Part shown: positions 33,692 through 44,190 of the stretch, one piece after another | Position numbering within the stretch: the stretch's first letter is position 1 | Layout: every line of letters begins with the position of its first letter | From: Pirellulales bacterium | GTDB lineage: Bacteria; Planctomycetota; Planctomycetia; Pirellulales; PALSA-1355 | Assembly: GCA_963733035.1 (NCBI GenBank) | Contig: CAVTBU010000006.1 | Coordinates: 768,001-832,000 of the forward strand | Length of the DNA stretch: 64,000 bases | Reading direction: 5' to 3' | Position numbers and translations under genes: made by a program | The notes under the pieces: model-generated | Told to the model about the DNA's origin: nothing | Seen by the model: the letters and a program-made list of their open reading frames with translations, nothing else | The model's database searches: none

Positions 33692-35428
33692 TTAGGCCAC
33701 TAACTCGGGCAAAATCTTCTTGAGCTCCTCTCGCAGGTAATTCTTGATGTCGCGGGCGTTTTCCAACGCCATCACGTGTTCGGCGACATGCCGACACTGG
33801 TCGATGGTGACCGTGCGACAGACTTTTTTGACCTCGGGAATCGAACTGGGGGTGACGCTCAACCGCCGCAGCCCGAGTCCCAACAGCAGCATGGTGTACA
33901 ACGTGTTGCCGCTCATTTGTCCACAGACGTTGACCGGCACTTGCTTGCCGCCGGCCGCGTCGACGGCCATACGAATCAACCGCAGCACCGAGGGATCGAC
34001 CGAGCTGTACAGCGTGGCGACGTCCTTGTTGCTGCGATCGGCCGCCAACGTGTATTGCGTCAGGTCGTTGGTGCCAATCGAGATGAAATCCACTTCTTCC
34101 ACGAAACGATCGATCATCAGCACGGCGGCCGGCACTTCGACCATCATGCCCACGGGTAAATCGCGATTGAACGCCACGCCCTCTTCGTCGAGATCTTCCA
34201 TGACGTCGGCCAGCACCATTTTGGCTTGCCGCAATTCCAACAGCGTGGCCACGAGCGGAAACATCAATCGCACGTCGCCCACCGCGCTGGCCCGCAGCAC
34301 GGCTCGCAATTGCGTGCGGAAGCTGGGCAGGTTCTTGAGCGAGAGCCGAATGCTGCGCAAACCGAGCGTGGGATTCCTGGCCGCTTCGGAATCGAACGTG
34401 ACCTTGTCGGCACCCAGGTCGCAACTGCGAATCACCACTGGCCGGCCGTCGAGCTGCTCGAGCACCTTGCGATACGCCTCGAAGTGCACTTCCTCATCCG
34501 GTTCGCAAGCGGCGCCCAGGTAGAGAAACTCGGTGCGATACAACCCGATGCCCTCGGCGCCACGTTCGAGGCAGTGCTCGACTTCGTGCGGAAATTCGAT
34601 ATTCCCCAGGAGCTCGATCCGCACCTTGTCGGCCGTCATCGCCGGCAGCTCGCGCAAGGTGGCCAGTTGAGCCGCGCGGCTCTTGTGTTGTTCGAGCTCG
34701 TAGCGGTAGTGCGCGACGGTCTCTTCGTCCGGCTGCAGGATCACCATGCCGTGATCGCCGTCGATGATCACCAGGTCGCCGCCGGAGACGTCGGTCAGAA
34801 ACTGCCCGATGCCGACGACCGCCGGGATTTCGAGACCCTCGGCGACGATCGCCGTGTGGCTGCCGGGCCCGCCGATTTCCGTGGCAAAACCGCGAACAAA
34901 GGCCCGGTTCAGGTTGGCCGTTTCGCTGGGCGTGAGGTTGTGCGCCAGCACGATCACGGGCGAGATCAAATGGTCGAGCTCCTCGCGGCGACGGCCCAGC
35001 AGATTGCGCAACAGCCGCTTCTCGATATCGACCACGTCGTTGGCCCGTTCGGCCAGATAGCTGCTCTCGATGTTCTGAAAGACCTTCGCGTAGCGCCGTC
35101 ACGCGCGGCTGACGGCATACTCGGGCGAGTAGTGCCGTTCGCGGATCATGCCGTCGAGTTCGTTCCGCAACACCGGATCGCGGAGCATTTGAAGGTGAGC
35201 GGAGAAGACGGCGGCATATTGACCGCCGAGCTCACGAAATACGGCTTCGCGGTTGCTCTCGATTTCATCGCCGGCGGCCAGGATGGCCTGATCGAGGCGT
35301 TCCAGCTCGTTTTCAACCGCGTCGCGCACGACGAAACGCCGAGGAATGCGAAATCCCTCGCTGTCCATCACCAGCGCTTCGCCGACGGCCACGCCTGGCG
35401 AAACGGCAATACCTTGTAGTTTTTGCAT
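33692..35428 (-). CDS. ptsI: PEP-protein phosphotransferase, PTS enzyme I (in-frame TGA at 35099-35101)
   Basis: GIAVSPG; SHTAIVA; GIGLYRTEFLY; DLGADK; IGTNDLTQY; CGQM; both ORF pieces are in one frame. Confidence 0.9.
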
Positions 35429-35646
35429 GTGATGCTCTACCGGGGCGCGGCGGGCCGGGATTCGTCGCAGCGGTGTGCCCGTGCTCCGTGGTCGGAGAGG
35501 GGCCTCGCTTGTCGCTCGATCAACCGGCGGTCGTTCGCTCGGGAGCGAACTCCGTCGCGCCGCGTTTGCGGCGGCTCACCCAGTCGTTTGTTGCGCCGGG
35601 CCGGTTCGAGGCTTCAAAGGGTGAACCGGCGGCGAAAAAACGGCTG

Positions 35647-35938
35647 TTATGATTCCACGTTTCCATTTTCGTCGAAGCTGCGCAAACAGCTCCGACAACG
35701 CAACCAGGGCGTCCTGGGCATCGGGGCCGGTGGCCTCGAGACACAGTTCGGTTCCCTGCACGGCGGCCAGCGTGAGGATGTTCAAGATGCTCTTGCCATC
35801 CACGCGGTGACCCCCCTTAATGACTTCGATTTTCGCCTGGTATTGGCTGGCCGTCTTCACGAACACTTCCGCCGGACGCGCGTGCAATCCTTGCGGATTG
35901 CTCACGACGACAGTTCGTGTGACGGTCTCGTCAGCCAT
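35647..35938 (-). CDS. ptsH: Phosphocarrier protein HPr (probable C-terminal frameshift near 35680)
   Basis: NPQGLHARPA and VDGKSIL motifs; natural-looking end SFDENGNVES* lies in another frame. Confidence 0.88.
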
Positions 35939-36054
35939 GCTTGCCACGCTTAACCCGTTTCTTGCTCGGCAGGCGGACCGGATGCCGCAACGTGCTTGCG
36001 GTGGCCGCCGTCCGAAACGATTCGACTTCTGATGGGTGGTTTTCTGCCTGCGCC

Positions 36055-36531
36055 TTACGAAACGAAGCCGTTGTTGTCGGCTTCTTCGAGTAATTGACGA
36101 ATGTCGTCCGCCGTTTTCGCTTGTTTCAGGAAGCGGCAAAACGTCTCGTCGCGCAATTGACTCGAAATGTTTTCCAACGCCCGCAGGTGATCTCCCGGCC
36201 GGTCGGGCGGAGAGATCAAGAGGAAGAAGAGTTGAACCTTTTCGCCGTCGAGGCTGTTGAAGTCGATTCCCTCGCTGCTGACGGCTACGGTGCCGATCAA
36301 CCGTTGCACGCTCGGATGCTTGGCGTGCGGCACGGCCACCCCGCGGCCGATTCCCGTGGAACCAAGTTCTTCGCGTTTCAGAATCGCCTTGACAATGCTT
36401 TCGACCTCGTCGGACGAGATGTTTCCAGCTTCGAGCAGCGCGGCGATCATTTCACGAATGGCGCCTTCCTTGTCTTCGGCGGCCAATTGCGCGCGAATCG
36501 CGTCGCTGCTCACAAAATCACCAAACTTCAT
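36055..36531 (-). CDS. PTS EIIA (PtsN/fructose-type) domain protein
   Basis: REELGSTGIGRGVAVPHAK; DFNSLDGEKV; HLRALENIS. Confidence 0.92.
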   Translation of the reverse strand: MKFGDFVSSDAIRAQLAAEDKEGAIREMIAALLEAGNISSDEVESIVKAILKREELGSTGIGRGVAVPHAKHPSVQRLIGTVAVSSEGIDFNSLDGEKVQLFFLLISPPDRPGDHLRALENISSQLRDETFCRFLKQAKTADDIRQLLEEADNNGFVS

Positions 36532-36625
36532 ACCGCATTTCCTTTCACACCGAGAGTGCGCCGCGCCTCTGCTGCTTCACCTTGCCGTTCGAATCCCTCG
36601 CAGACGCGGGCCATGGCCCCAGGCG

Positions 36626-36973
36626 CTACTCGCCGCTACCTTCGCCTTCCAAAGGCGCCGGTTGCTGGCGGGGCGCGCGATGATGGTCTTGTACTTTTTC
36701 CTTGTATTTCCGCAATTGTTGCTCGAGCTTGTGAATCACGCCATCCAGGGCCGCCATCAGTGTCGCTGCCTGCTCGGTGGCCACAAAGTCATGCTTGTGC
36801 TCGGCACTCACCCGCACGTCCACCGACGGGTTCTGCTCATGTTCCAAGTCCACGGTTACCTCGATCGAGAGCAGTCGCTCAAAAAGCCGCGACAGCCGCT
36901 CGACTTTGGCGGCAATCTTTTCCTTCGAGGCGTCACTCAGATGGCCATGCCTGGCGGAAATCTCAACTTGCAC
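36626..36973 (-). CDS. hpf: Ribosome hibernation factor HPF/RaiA
   Basis: VEISARHGHLS...KVERLSR...AALDGVIHKLEQQLRKYKEK. Confidence 0.9.
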   Translation of the reverse strand: MQVEISARHGHLSDASKEKIAAKVERLSRLFERLLSIEVTVDLEHEQNPSVDVRVSAEHKHDFVATEQAATLMAALDGVIHKLEQQLRKYKEKVQDHHRAPRQQPAPLEGEGSGE

Positions 36974-37048
36974 CGGAAACGTGCTCCATCGGCTAAGGCA
37001 AAAATGAGCTTCAGTTTACGGCGAGCCCGCCGCTTACGAAAAGGGGGC

Positions 37049-37077
37049 ATTCTACCTGCTTACAACCCGACCGACAA
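37049..37077 (-). promoter_or_regulatory. Putative sigma70 promoter of the hpf-PTS operon
   Basis: TTGTCG-17 nt-TAGAAT on the minus strand, about 75 bp upstream of hpf. Confidence 0.5.
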
Positions 37078-37299
37078 CGCAGCAAAAGACGTCTCGCGAG
37101 GCCCCGCCGGCATGCGTCCGAAGATGACTTCAGAGGACGACTGTCCGAAGGTCGGAAGGCAGCTTCCACTGCTCCCAGTTTAGCCTTTTGCCCAAGCGGA
37201 GGAAGGGGGCCAGGCGCGACCATCTGGCGCGGGGGGCAGGCAGCACCGAGATTTCACGCGTTTTACCGCAAATCAACCGCACCAACCCGGCGCGCTTTC

Positions 37300-39582
37300 T
37301 CATTGCGCTGGCGGTACCACCGGGCGACCGCGGGGCGGATTAACGGTCGTGCTGCCGCGAGCCGTCAGCTTGCCGATCTCTGTCTTCCACCGGTTGTACG
37401 GAGTGTTTCGCTTGATCTTGATGTCCTCGGGACGGTAGCTGTATGTGGCTCCAAAGAGCTCCTGCAAGTTCAAGAATGCCAACACGCGGAAGTCGAGCGC
37501 ATCGTCTCGATTGAGCGCATCGATCAACTCGCGGTCCGCGCCGGACTGCAGATCGGTGGTGGTATAGCCCCACAACATGCGATACAGCGCCTTGCCGTCC
37601 GCGGCGCCACGTTGCTTGTCGAACGCAGCTTCCACCCTGGCGGCGGTCTCGGGGCTAAGAGCAATGGCCTCTTGCAATTCATCCATGATGCCTTGCCAGG
37701 AGTGTCTCAAGTCGGGATCGTTCAGGGCGGTGATGCTGGGGTCGTAGTCGCCCAGGTGCACGAGACCGCGGATGGCCAACGTGCGGACCTCGCGACGGCG
37801 CGCGGCGGCGAGTTCGCGCAGTTGTAACCCGGCCGATTTGTTCGGTGCCAGGCTTTCGTCCACCCCGCGCGCAGCGCCGCGATCGGCGGCGCTTAGCTCG
37901 TCGCCGGAGATCCACGCCGGGAATTTACCCTCGGTCGGCTTGGCATCGGGGCCGGCCGTCAGCGAGAGCATTGCCGGGCCGTGCAGTTCGATTGGCGCGG
38001 CGTCCGGTTGCATCACACGAATCACGCCGCTGGTCGCATAGAGGTTCGCTTCCAGCGGCGCCGGGCTCGACTCGGGATTCTTGCCCGGCTGCAACACGTG
38101 GCGCACTTCGATGGCCAACGTCGATTCCGGATCGACGAACGTAACCAACGGGTCGTGGCCGTCGATTTGCAGCCGCAAGGCGTTGACGGCGCGGCCGACC
38201 GTCGACATCAACAGCTTTCCATACTGAATCGACAAAATCGGCGCGGCATCGTCGTCCCAACCAACCAGTTCAAACTCGGCCGCACCGTCGGCTTGAACGG
38301 TGATGTTTGAACTGAGCGCCATGGTTGGGTGGAACAACGGCAGCGACATCAGGCGGTCCCCTTTGTTAAGCGGCGATTGAACCGGTAGCCGGGACCATTG
38401 TCCGGCGGACGGATCGAACTTCAGCAGGACCTCGCGCGACGTGTATCGACCAAATCCCTCGGCCGGCGCGCGTGGCTTGGCGGCGTCGGCGCCCGCCAGC
38501 GGCATCGGTTCGGCCGGCGTTTCCTCGCCCGGCAACGGAGCCGCGGGCGTGGTTGTGAGCGGCCCCGGTGGCAACGTGGGGCGCACGGCCGCCGTGTCGA
38601 GCGGGCTCGGTTCCGGGGGCACCGGCGCGGTCGAGGCGTCCGTCTCCATGGCGGCGTCGGCAGCGGGTTGGGTGAGACTGGCATCGCCGGGTTCCGCCGC
38701 CGGTTCGGTCAACTCGGGCTGGCCCTCGTCCGGCGTGGCGGCTTCCAACGGCTCGGCCGGGGGCTCCTCGGTGCCGGGTTCGCTTTCAGTTGGACGTTCG
38801 GTTTCGTTGGGAGCGGCAGCATTTGCGGCCGGATTGTCTGCCGGTGCCGCGGTGGATTCGTCAGGCGTCGGTTGCTGGCCGTCGTCGGTTGCCTCGGTGG
38901 ATTTTTTATCCCCAGATTCCTTTGCGGCTGGCTCGGCCGACGGCGCAACCAGCGCGGTCATGCGCTCGCGAAACGGCGCCGGGCCGAAAAAGAACAAGCC
39001 GGCGAACGTCAACGATGCGGCGACCAGCACGACGGCCACCACCGGCCAGATGGGCCAGCGGCTTTCACGAAGGTAGTCGGGCACCTCGGGCTTCGCTCGC
39101 CGCACCACCGGAGGCACCGCGCCGCCGGCCGGTGGAGCCGCCACTGGGGCCGCCACCGCCTGACGGATCGCGTCACCTTGCACTGGCGGAGAGTCCGCTT
39201 GCGCGGCCAGTGCATACAGCCGCTGGCGCATGTGTGGATCGATCTCCGCGGGTTCACCCAACACGAGCGTGAGGATTTGATGGCAAGAGGCGACTTCCGC
39301 CAGGTTGACTTCCGACTCCAGACAAATCCGCTCGAATTCGGGAACGCGTTCGTCCGCCAAACGATATTCGAGATACTCGGCAACCGTGTTCGGATCGGCG
39401 CCCAAACCGCGACCCATCAGCGGCGGGCTGCCGAGTTTGGCACGTTGCGTGCAATCGCGAATCGTATGTACCAGCTTGGTGGCGAACTCGCTTTCCTCAA
39501 TCTTCTTGCCGATATCCTCGGCGTCGTCCGGTTCGAGGTTGCCATCCAGATAGGCCAGCAACGTGCGGAGGGTCAATCGCAT
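37300..39582 (-). CDS. Hypothetical membrane-anchored protein (MRLTLRTLLAYLD N-terminus)
   Basis: 760 aa: helical N-domain, TM, Pro/Glu/Ala linker, beta-rich region, helical C-terminus. Confidence 0.75.
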   Translation of the reverse strand: MRLTLRTLLAYLDGNLEPDDAEDIGKKIEESEFATKLVHTIRDCTQRAKLGSPPLMGRGLGADPNTVAEYLEYRLADERVPEFERICLESEVNLAEVASCHQILTLVLGEPAEIDPHMRQRLYALAAQADSPPVQGDAIRQAVAAPVAAPPAGGAVPPVVRRAKPEVPDYLRESRWPIWPVVAVVLVAASLTFAGLFFFGPAPFRERMTALVAPSAEPAAKESGDKKSTEATDDGQQPTPDESTAAPADNPAANAAAPNETERPTESEPGTEEPPAEPLEAATPDEGQPELTEPAAEPGDASLTQPAADAAMETDASTAPVPPEPSPLDTAAVRPTLPPGPLTTTPAAPLPGEETPAEPMPLAGADAAKPRAPAEGFGRYTSREVLLKFDPSAGQWSRLPVQSPLNKGDRLMSLPLFHPTMALSSNITVQADGAAEFELVGWDDDAAPILSIQYGKLLMSTVGRAVNALRLQIDGHDPLVTFVDPESTLAIEVRHVLQPGKNPESSPAPLEANLYATSGVIRVMQPDAAPIELHGPAMLSLTAGPDAKPTEGKFPAWISGDELSAADRGAARGVDESLAPNKSAGLQLRELAAARRREVRTLAIRGLVHLGDYDPSITALNDPDLRHSWQGIMDELQEAIALSPETAARVEAAFDKQRGAADGKALYRMLWGYTTTDLQSGADRELIDALNRDDALDFRVLAFLNLQELFGATYSYRPEDIKIKRNTPYNRWKTEIGKLTARGSTTVNPPRGRPVVPPAQ

Positions 39583-40057
39583 AAGTAGGTTCCGGTTCAG
39601 CAGGTCGAGGAAAACTTGGCCGCGGCCAGGTCGGGCCGGCGCGAGTGCCTTTTCAGTCAATAGTGGGAAACGGTGACCGCTGCCGTACCAATTGGAGAAA
39701 ATTATTCACAACGGACCAGAGCCACTCATCGTCAGAGCAGCGCAAGTCTCGGCCGGAAAAGCCGTTTCGCAAAAGTTACGAATCCGACAGAACTTCCCAA
39801 TCGAGCGCATGCGGCGTGTGCGCCTTCCGGCAACGACAGCGACGCCTGCCAGCAAAGAATTTCGAGGCGCGCATTGGGCCGGAGAGTTTTCGCGATCGTC
39901 GTATTCGGCTTGATACAAGGTCGCCGGGGCATTATTTTTCGCGGCCAGACTCAATTTTTTGCCCCCGGTTTCTGTGGAGACCAATTCGCGTGTAAACTTG
40001 AGTTAGACGCGAGTGGCTTGCCAACCGCGTTCCCGTCTTTATGCAAGGGAGCGAGCA

Positions 40058-40576
40058 GTGACATCACATCACGATCGCATTCGCCGACAACAGCTGGTGC
40101 TGCAAGCCGAGGGGTACCTCGAGCTCGGAATGGCGGAACATGCGCTCGCCGTGCTGTCGCGCTGTGGCGACCAGGAGATGTTGCCGGATCACGCCCTGTA
40201 TTTGAAGGGGCAAAGCCTCCGCGAACTCGGACGCTTTGGCGAGGCATTGGAGCCGCTCTGGCAGGCGGCCCAGGGCAATCCGGATAACATCAGCATCTGG
40301 CTGGCCCTTGGCTGGTGCTACAAACGGACCGGCAAGCTCGATCGAGCCATCGAGTCGCTTGAAGAGGCTCTTTCGGTCGAACCCAACGACGCCTTGGTGC
40401 ATTACAACCTGGCCTGCTACTGGAGCCTGGCCCGCAATAAGCGTCAGGCGCTTTCCTACCTGGCCCGGGCGTTTGATCTGCAGGAAGAATATCGTACGCT
40501 CGTGGCCGACGAATCGGACTTCGATCCGATTCGCGAAGATCCGGCATTTCAGGCACTGATGCGCGTGACCGTGTAA
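40058..40576 (+). CDS. TPR-repeat protein
   Basis: AEGYLELG; WLALGWCYKRTG; HYNLACYWSL; ESDFDPIR. Confidence 0.85.
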   Translation: MTSHHDRIRRQQLVLQAEGYLELGMAEHALAVLSRCGDQEMLPDHALYLKGQSLRELGRFGEALEPLWQAAQGNPDNISIWLALGWCYKRTGKLDRAIESLEEALSVEPNDALVHYNLACYWSLARNKRQALSYLARAFDLQEEYRTLVADESDFDPIREDPAFQALMRVTV

Positions 40577-40624
40577 CCGTCGACGCTGGCCGCGCGAGCC
40601 GGTTTCCGTCTGGGCGTGGAAGAA

Positions 40625-40658
40625 ACGAGCCCTCGATCGTTGCTACGACCGAGGGCTC
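40625..40658. terminator. Hairpin between convergent genes
   Basis: CGAGCCCTCG...CGAGGGCTCG. Confidence 0.6.
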
Positions 40659-40689
40659 GCAAAGCGTAATCGCCCCACCGCTTTCGTGT

Positions 40690-42033
40690 CTAGAACAAGA
40701 AACCCCCGCCCAGCATCACGCCGTGCAAGATCAGGCTGCCGTTTTGTTTGACCTGGCTGAAGCCCTTTACGTCGGCCAGGTAGGGCAGGTACTGATTGTC
40801 GGACAGCGCGACGTTCGAAACACCAACCACGCGATAGCCCACGTAGCTGAACAAATTCGCCCGCCAAAAGTAGGTAAATCCGGTATCGATTTCGCCCAGC
40901 ATCGAGAAGTCCGTCATGTGGGCCGGAATATCGTAGGCCAGGTTGCCGTTGCCGTCGTAGAGTAGCGTGCGGCCGTTCATTTGGTTGCAGAAGACGCCCA
41001 CCTTCGGGCCGACGAAAAAGCCCACCCGGTTGAAGATCATGTAGTTGAAGTACGACCCGATCTGGCAACCGTACATATTGTTGACCATGCGATTCTGCAG
41101 GGCCGCCCAATCGTCGCCGTTGTTCCAGTCGCCGCCGCCGGCCAGCCCCGCGAACGTCAGCCGTTCGTCGAAGCGGAAGTAGCGGAATCCGACAAAGGGC
41201 ACGAAGGTTAGCCGGCCATAGGTCCAAGCGCCGAGCAAGGCGTTCAACTCGAAGTTGTTGACGCGATCGTTGCGATAGATGCGGTGGCTGGCCGAATTGT
41301 CCCAATAGTCGCCGACCGGAACGCCGTTGATCGTCACGTCGCCCGTCTGCGTTTGCAGGTTCATCGGCGTGCTGAGTTCGTTGGTCGGGCTGTTGATTTC
41401 GGAAAATCCGTTCATCTGGCCCAGGCCCCAATAGGTCACGCCGATGCCGGGTCCCATCGGTCCGCAGCAGCCACCCATGAACGGGGCGCCGGTGGCGGCG
41501 CAGTCGTTTTGCGGGCAGCAACCGCCACCACCACCGCCGAAAATATAGCCGCCAGTGAACTGCCAGCCGCCTTGCCAGTTGTCACCCGCGTTCTGGGTGT
41601 TCATCAGCTGGTTGTCGTTGACGTTCGTCTGGTAGGTGGTCCAGTAGGGGTTGGCCCGGTTGCGGCCCATGACCAGCGCGCCCACGGCGCCGAACCAGCC
41701 ACCACCACAGCATGTCGGTTCGCAGCAGCCTTCGGTACAGCCTTCGTTCCACTCCGAGGCCACGGCTTCTTGAAAGTCGCTCGTGCCGTCGGAGCCGGGA
41801 ATAAGCGTGTCGGGCGTTGGATTGGGGATCGGCTCCTGGCGGTAGCCGGTGAAGATCGAACCGTAGGGATCCATCTTGCCCGTGGGAAGCGCGTAGCTGG
41901 TGGTTACTGCATCGACGGCGGTTACCGCGGGCAGCGGCAGCAGGCTCGGCGAGCCGTACTGGGCGGCCGCCTGTTGGGCAGCCAAGAGCAGACCCGCGCA
42001 CGCAATGAGCGCACGGGTTCCATAGGATTTCAT
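40690..42033 (-). CDS. Outer-membrane beta-barrel, BBP7-like
   Basis: Signal peptide; Cys/Gly-rich segments; GFRYFRFDERL, NNMYGCQIG, GYRVVGVSNVAL; C-terminal F. Confidence 0.75.
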   Translation of the reverse strand: MKSYGTRALIACAGLLLAAQQAAAQYGSPSLLPLPAVTAVDAVTTSYALPTGKMDPYGSIFTGYRQEPIPNPTPDTLIPGSDGTSDFQEAVASEWNEGCTEGCCEPTCCGGGWFGAVGALVMGRNRANPYWTTYQTNVNDNQLMNTQNAGDNWQGGWQFTGGYIFGGGGGGCCPQNDCAATGAPFMGGCCGPMGPGIGVTYWGLGQMNGFSEINSPTNELSTPMNLQTQTGDVTINGVPVGDYWDNSASHRIYRNDRVNNFELNALLGAWTYGRLTFVPFVGFRYFRFDERLTFAGLAGGGDWNNGDDWAALQNRMVNNMYGCQIGSYFNYMIFNRVGFFVGPKVGVFCNQMNGRTLLYDGNGNLAYDIPAHMTDFSMLGEIDTGFTYFWRANLFSYVGYRVVGVSNVALSDNQYLPYLADVKGFSQVKQNGSLILHGVMLGGGFLF

Positions 42034-42481
42034 CGCAGACTCCTTTCCGAACAGCAAACTCCGTTTTGCGCCTCCTCCATGATGGCGACGCAAACACTCC
42101 GGCAGGGTCTCGAGCGTCCACTCCGGCGGACGGCTCGATGCGTGGAAATCCATTCCCACCTGAACAAGCAACTCCGTTTCACAAGCAAGCATCGACCGAA
42201 TGCCAGCAGCGTGTTGCGAGGATTGCGCGAGAAGCGAGCTCTTTTTTCTCAAGTGCGGCGCCTCTTTCGGCTCGATCAGCGCGACCCGAACAGCGTGCCC
42301 GCGGCGGAATTCGCGGTTCGCCAGGCACAGAGCGCAGGGTTTGAAGTCACGGCCCGCAGGACCGTTACACACCGCGCGGCGAATTCAAGATTTCACCCCG
42401 CTTAGCCTCCGGCTTTGCCGGGGGGCTGGGTCGCGAGTTGGGGCGGACAGAGATCAGTGGCTCCGGCTAGACAAAATGCCG

Positions 42482-43267
42482 CTAAGTTCCGGCCACTTCG
42501 CGGGCCAATTGCTCGTAATCCTCCGCCCCGCGGGAGTCGGGGGCGTAGTGAAAGATTGACTGCCCGAAACTGGGCGCCTCGGCCAGGCGAATATTACGCC
42601 GAATCCGGGTTTCGAACGTCCGGGTATGTTCCCAGGGCGTTTTCGGCTTGCGTGTGGCGGCCAAAAACTGATCGACGTCCGTGGTGACTTCCGCCGCCAG
42701 CCGCGTCCCCGAATCGTACATGCAGTAGACGACGCCGGAAAGCTTCAGCCGGTCGTTCAAGCGCTTGGATACCAGGTCGATCGTTTGCAGTAGCTTGCTC
42801 AACCCGTGCAGCGCGAGGAAGTGGGGCTGCAAGGGGAGGAACACCTCGTCCACGGCGGCCAGGGCGTTGAGCGTCAGGATGCCCAGCGACGGCGGGCAAT
42901 CGATCAACACGTAGTCGAATTGGTCGACGACCTTGGCCAGCTTGTCGCGCAAGATCACCTCGCGGCCGACCACGCCCACCAATTCCACTTCGGCCGCGGC
43001 CAGGTCGATGTGCGATCCGACGACCCACAGGTTGTCGTTTGCCTCGCGCCACACGTCGGCCAATTCCGTTTCGCCGGTCAGCACGTCGTAGACGCTGCGA
43101 TCGTCGCGGGCTGGTTGCAAGCCGAGGTGCAGCGTGGCGTGAGCTTGCGGATCGAGATCGATCAGGCAGACGCGTTGGCCCGTGGCGGCCAGCGCCGCGC
43201 TGAGGTTCACGGCGGTCGTGGTTTTTCCCACGCCGCCTTTTTGATTCAGGACGGCAATCGATCGCAT
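42482..43267 (-). CDS. parA: ParA/Soj family ATPase
   Basis: [31 protein letters not shown]; no adjacent parB. Confidence 0.9.
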   Translation of the reverse strand: MRSIAVLNQKGGVGKTTTAVNLSAALAATGQRVCLIDLDPQAHATLHLGLQPARDDRSVYDVLTGETELADVWREANDNLWVVGSHIDLAAAEVELVGVVGREVILRDKLAKVVDQFDYVLIDCPPSLGILTLNALAAVDEVFLPLQPHFLALHGLSKLLQTIDLVSKRLNDRLKLSGVVYCMYDSGTRLAAEVTTDVDQFLAATRKPKTPWEHTRTFETRIRRNIRLAEAPSFGQSIFHYAPDSRGAEDYEQLAREVAGT

Positions 43268-43374
43268 CGGTGCGGAACTCCTTTTCCTCATCCAAGCCCG
43301 CGCGCCGAAAGCCGGCACGCGTGGCGGATTATAGCGAACGCGCACTGCTAGCACCTAGAGCGAAACAACACGTG

Positions 43375-44190
43375 TCAAACCGTGCAGATATCGCGCCGGC
43401 TAAAGATCACACCGGCCGCGATCCACAGCACCAGCCCCACCGTCAACAGCACGGCCATGTCGTTCCACGGCACATTGCCGTCGCGCAAGACAATCAGCGG
43501 CCGGTAATAGTCAAGCAGGCTCAAGAACGCCAGACGCTCGGCCACGTCCCAAAACGGCCCCAGAAAGTTGAGCAGAAACGAAGCCAATAGCAGCCCAAAC
43601 ACCAGCGCCAGCGCCGGTCCGCGTCGATCGAAAGCCGCCGACGCGCACCACGACAAACCGCCTACGGCCAGGTACAGGCAAAAACAATTCGCGAGCACAA
43701 TCAGCGTTCGCCCCACGTCGGGGCGCGACGCTGGCGCCACGTAGCTGCGGCCAATCAGATAGCCCGACAGCCCCATGCCCAGCAGGATCAGGCCGGCGGC
43801 AATCCACACGAGGGTTTCACTTCGCAGCACCATCCAGCGCGTGACCGGGAGCGTCAACGTCAGATCGATGGTGCCGCGGTCGATTTCGCCGACCGGGATG
43901 CGCGTGCAGCAGATCATCGCGTGCGCCCAGATCAGGGCCAGGACGACTGGATGCACCCAGGGAAAGGCCATGAATGCCTGTGGTCCGGCGGCTTCGGAAG
44001 CGTCCACGCCGAGCATGGCTCCCACGAGCGATTGCACGAACTGAATTTGCAACATGCCGGTCGCGAACTGCGATTGAAACGTGGGTAAGACGTAGGCCAA
44101 CACGACCTCCACGCCCAGCAGCAACCCGCCGCACATCAGCGTCACGGGCCACGCTTCCAGCGCCGCCTTGAGCATCAAGCCACGATTCAT
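43375..44190 (-). CDS. ABC-2 transporter permease
   Basis: GEIDRGTIDLTLTLPVTR; about 6 TM; FSRRD end. Confidence 0.85.
   Translation of the reverse strand: MNRGLMLKAALEAWPVTLMCGGLLLGVEVVLAYVLPTFQSQFATGMLQIQFVQSLVGAMLGVDASEAAGPQAFMAFPWVHPVVLALIWAHAMICCTRIPVGEIDRGTIDLTLTLPVTRWMVLRSETLVWIAAGLILLGMGLSGYLIGRSYVAPASRPDVGRTLIVLANCFCLYLAVGGLSWCASAAFDRRGPALALVFGLLLASFLLNFLGPFWDVAERLAFLSLLDYYRPLIVLRDGNVPWNDMAVLLTVGLVLWIAAGVIFSRRDICTV

Noticed and set aside
35099..35101. Selenocysteine or genetic-code reassignment at the ptsI TGA
   Set aside because: Not a catalytic Cys position, and TGA is a normal stop in many genes here.
32095..35419. 542-aa and 397-aa plus-strand ORFs
   Set aside because: Antisense to rne and ptsI.
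39583..40057. Possible ncRNA or ORF in the 475-bp divergent gap
   Set aside because: Only AT-rich promoter-like tracts; no convincing stem set or coding signal.
42482..43267. Plasmid or prophage partition locus
   Set aside because: Chromosomal Soj-like sequence in a host-like context, with no parB, rep or phage genes.
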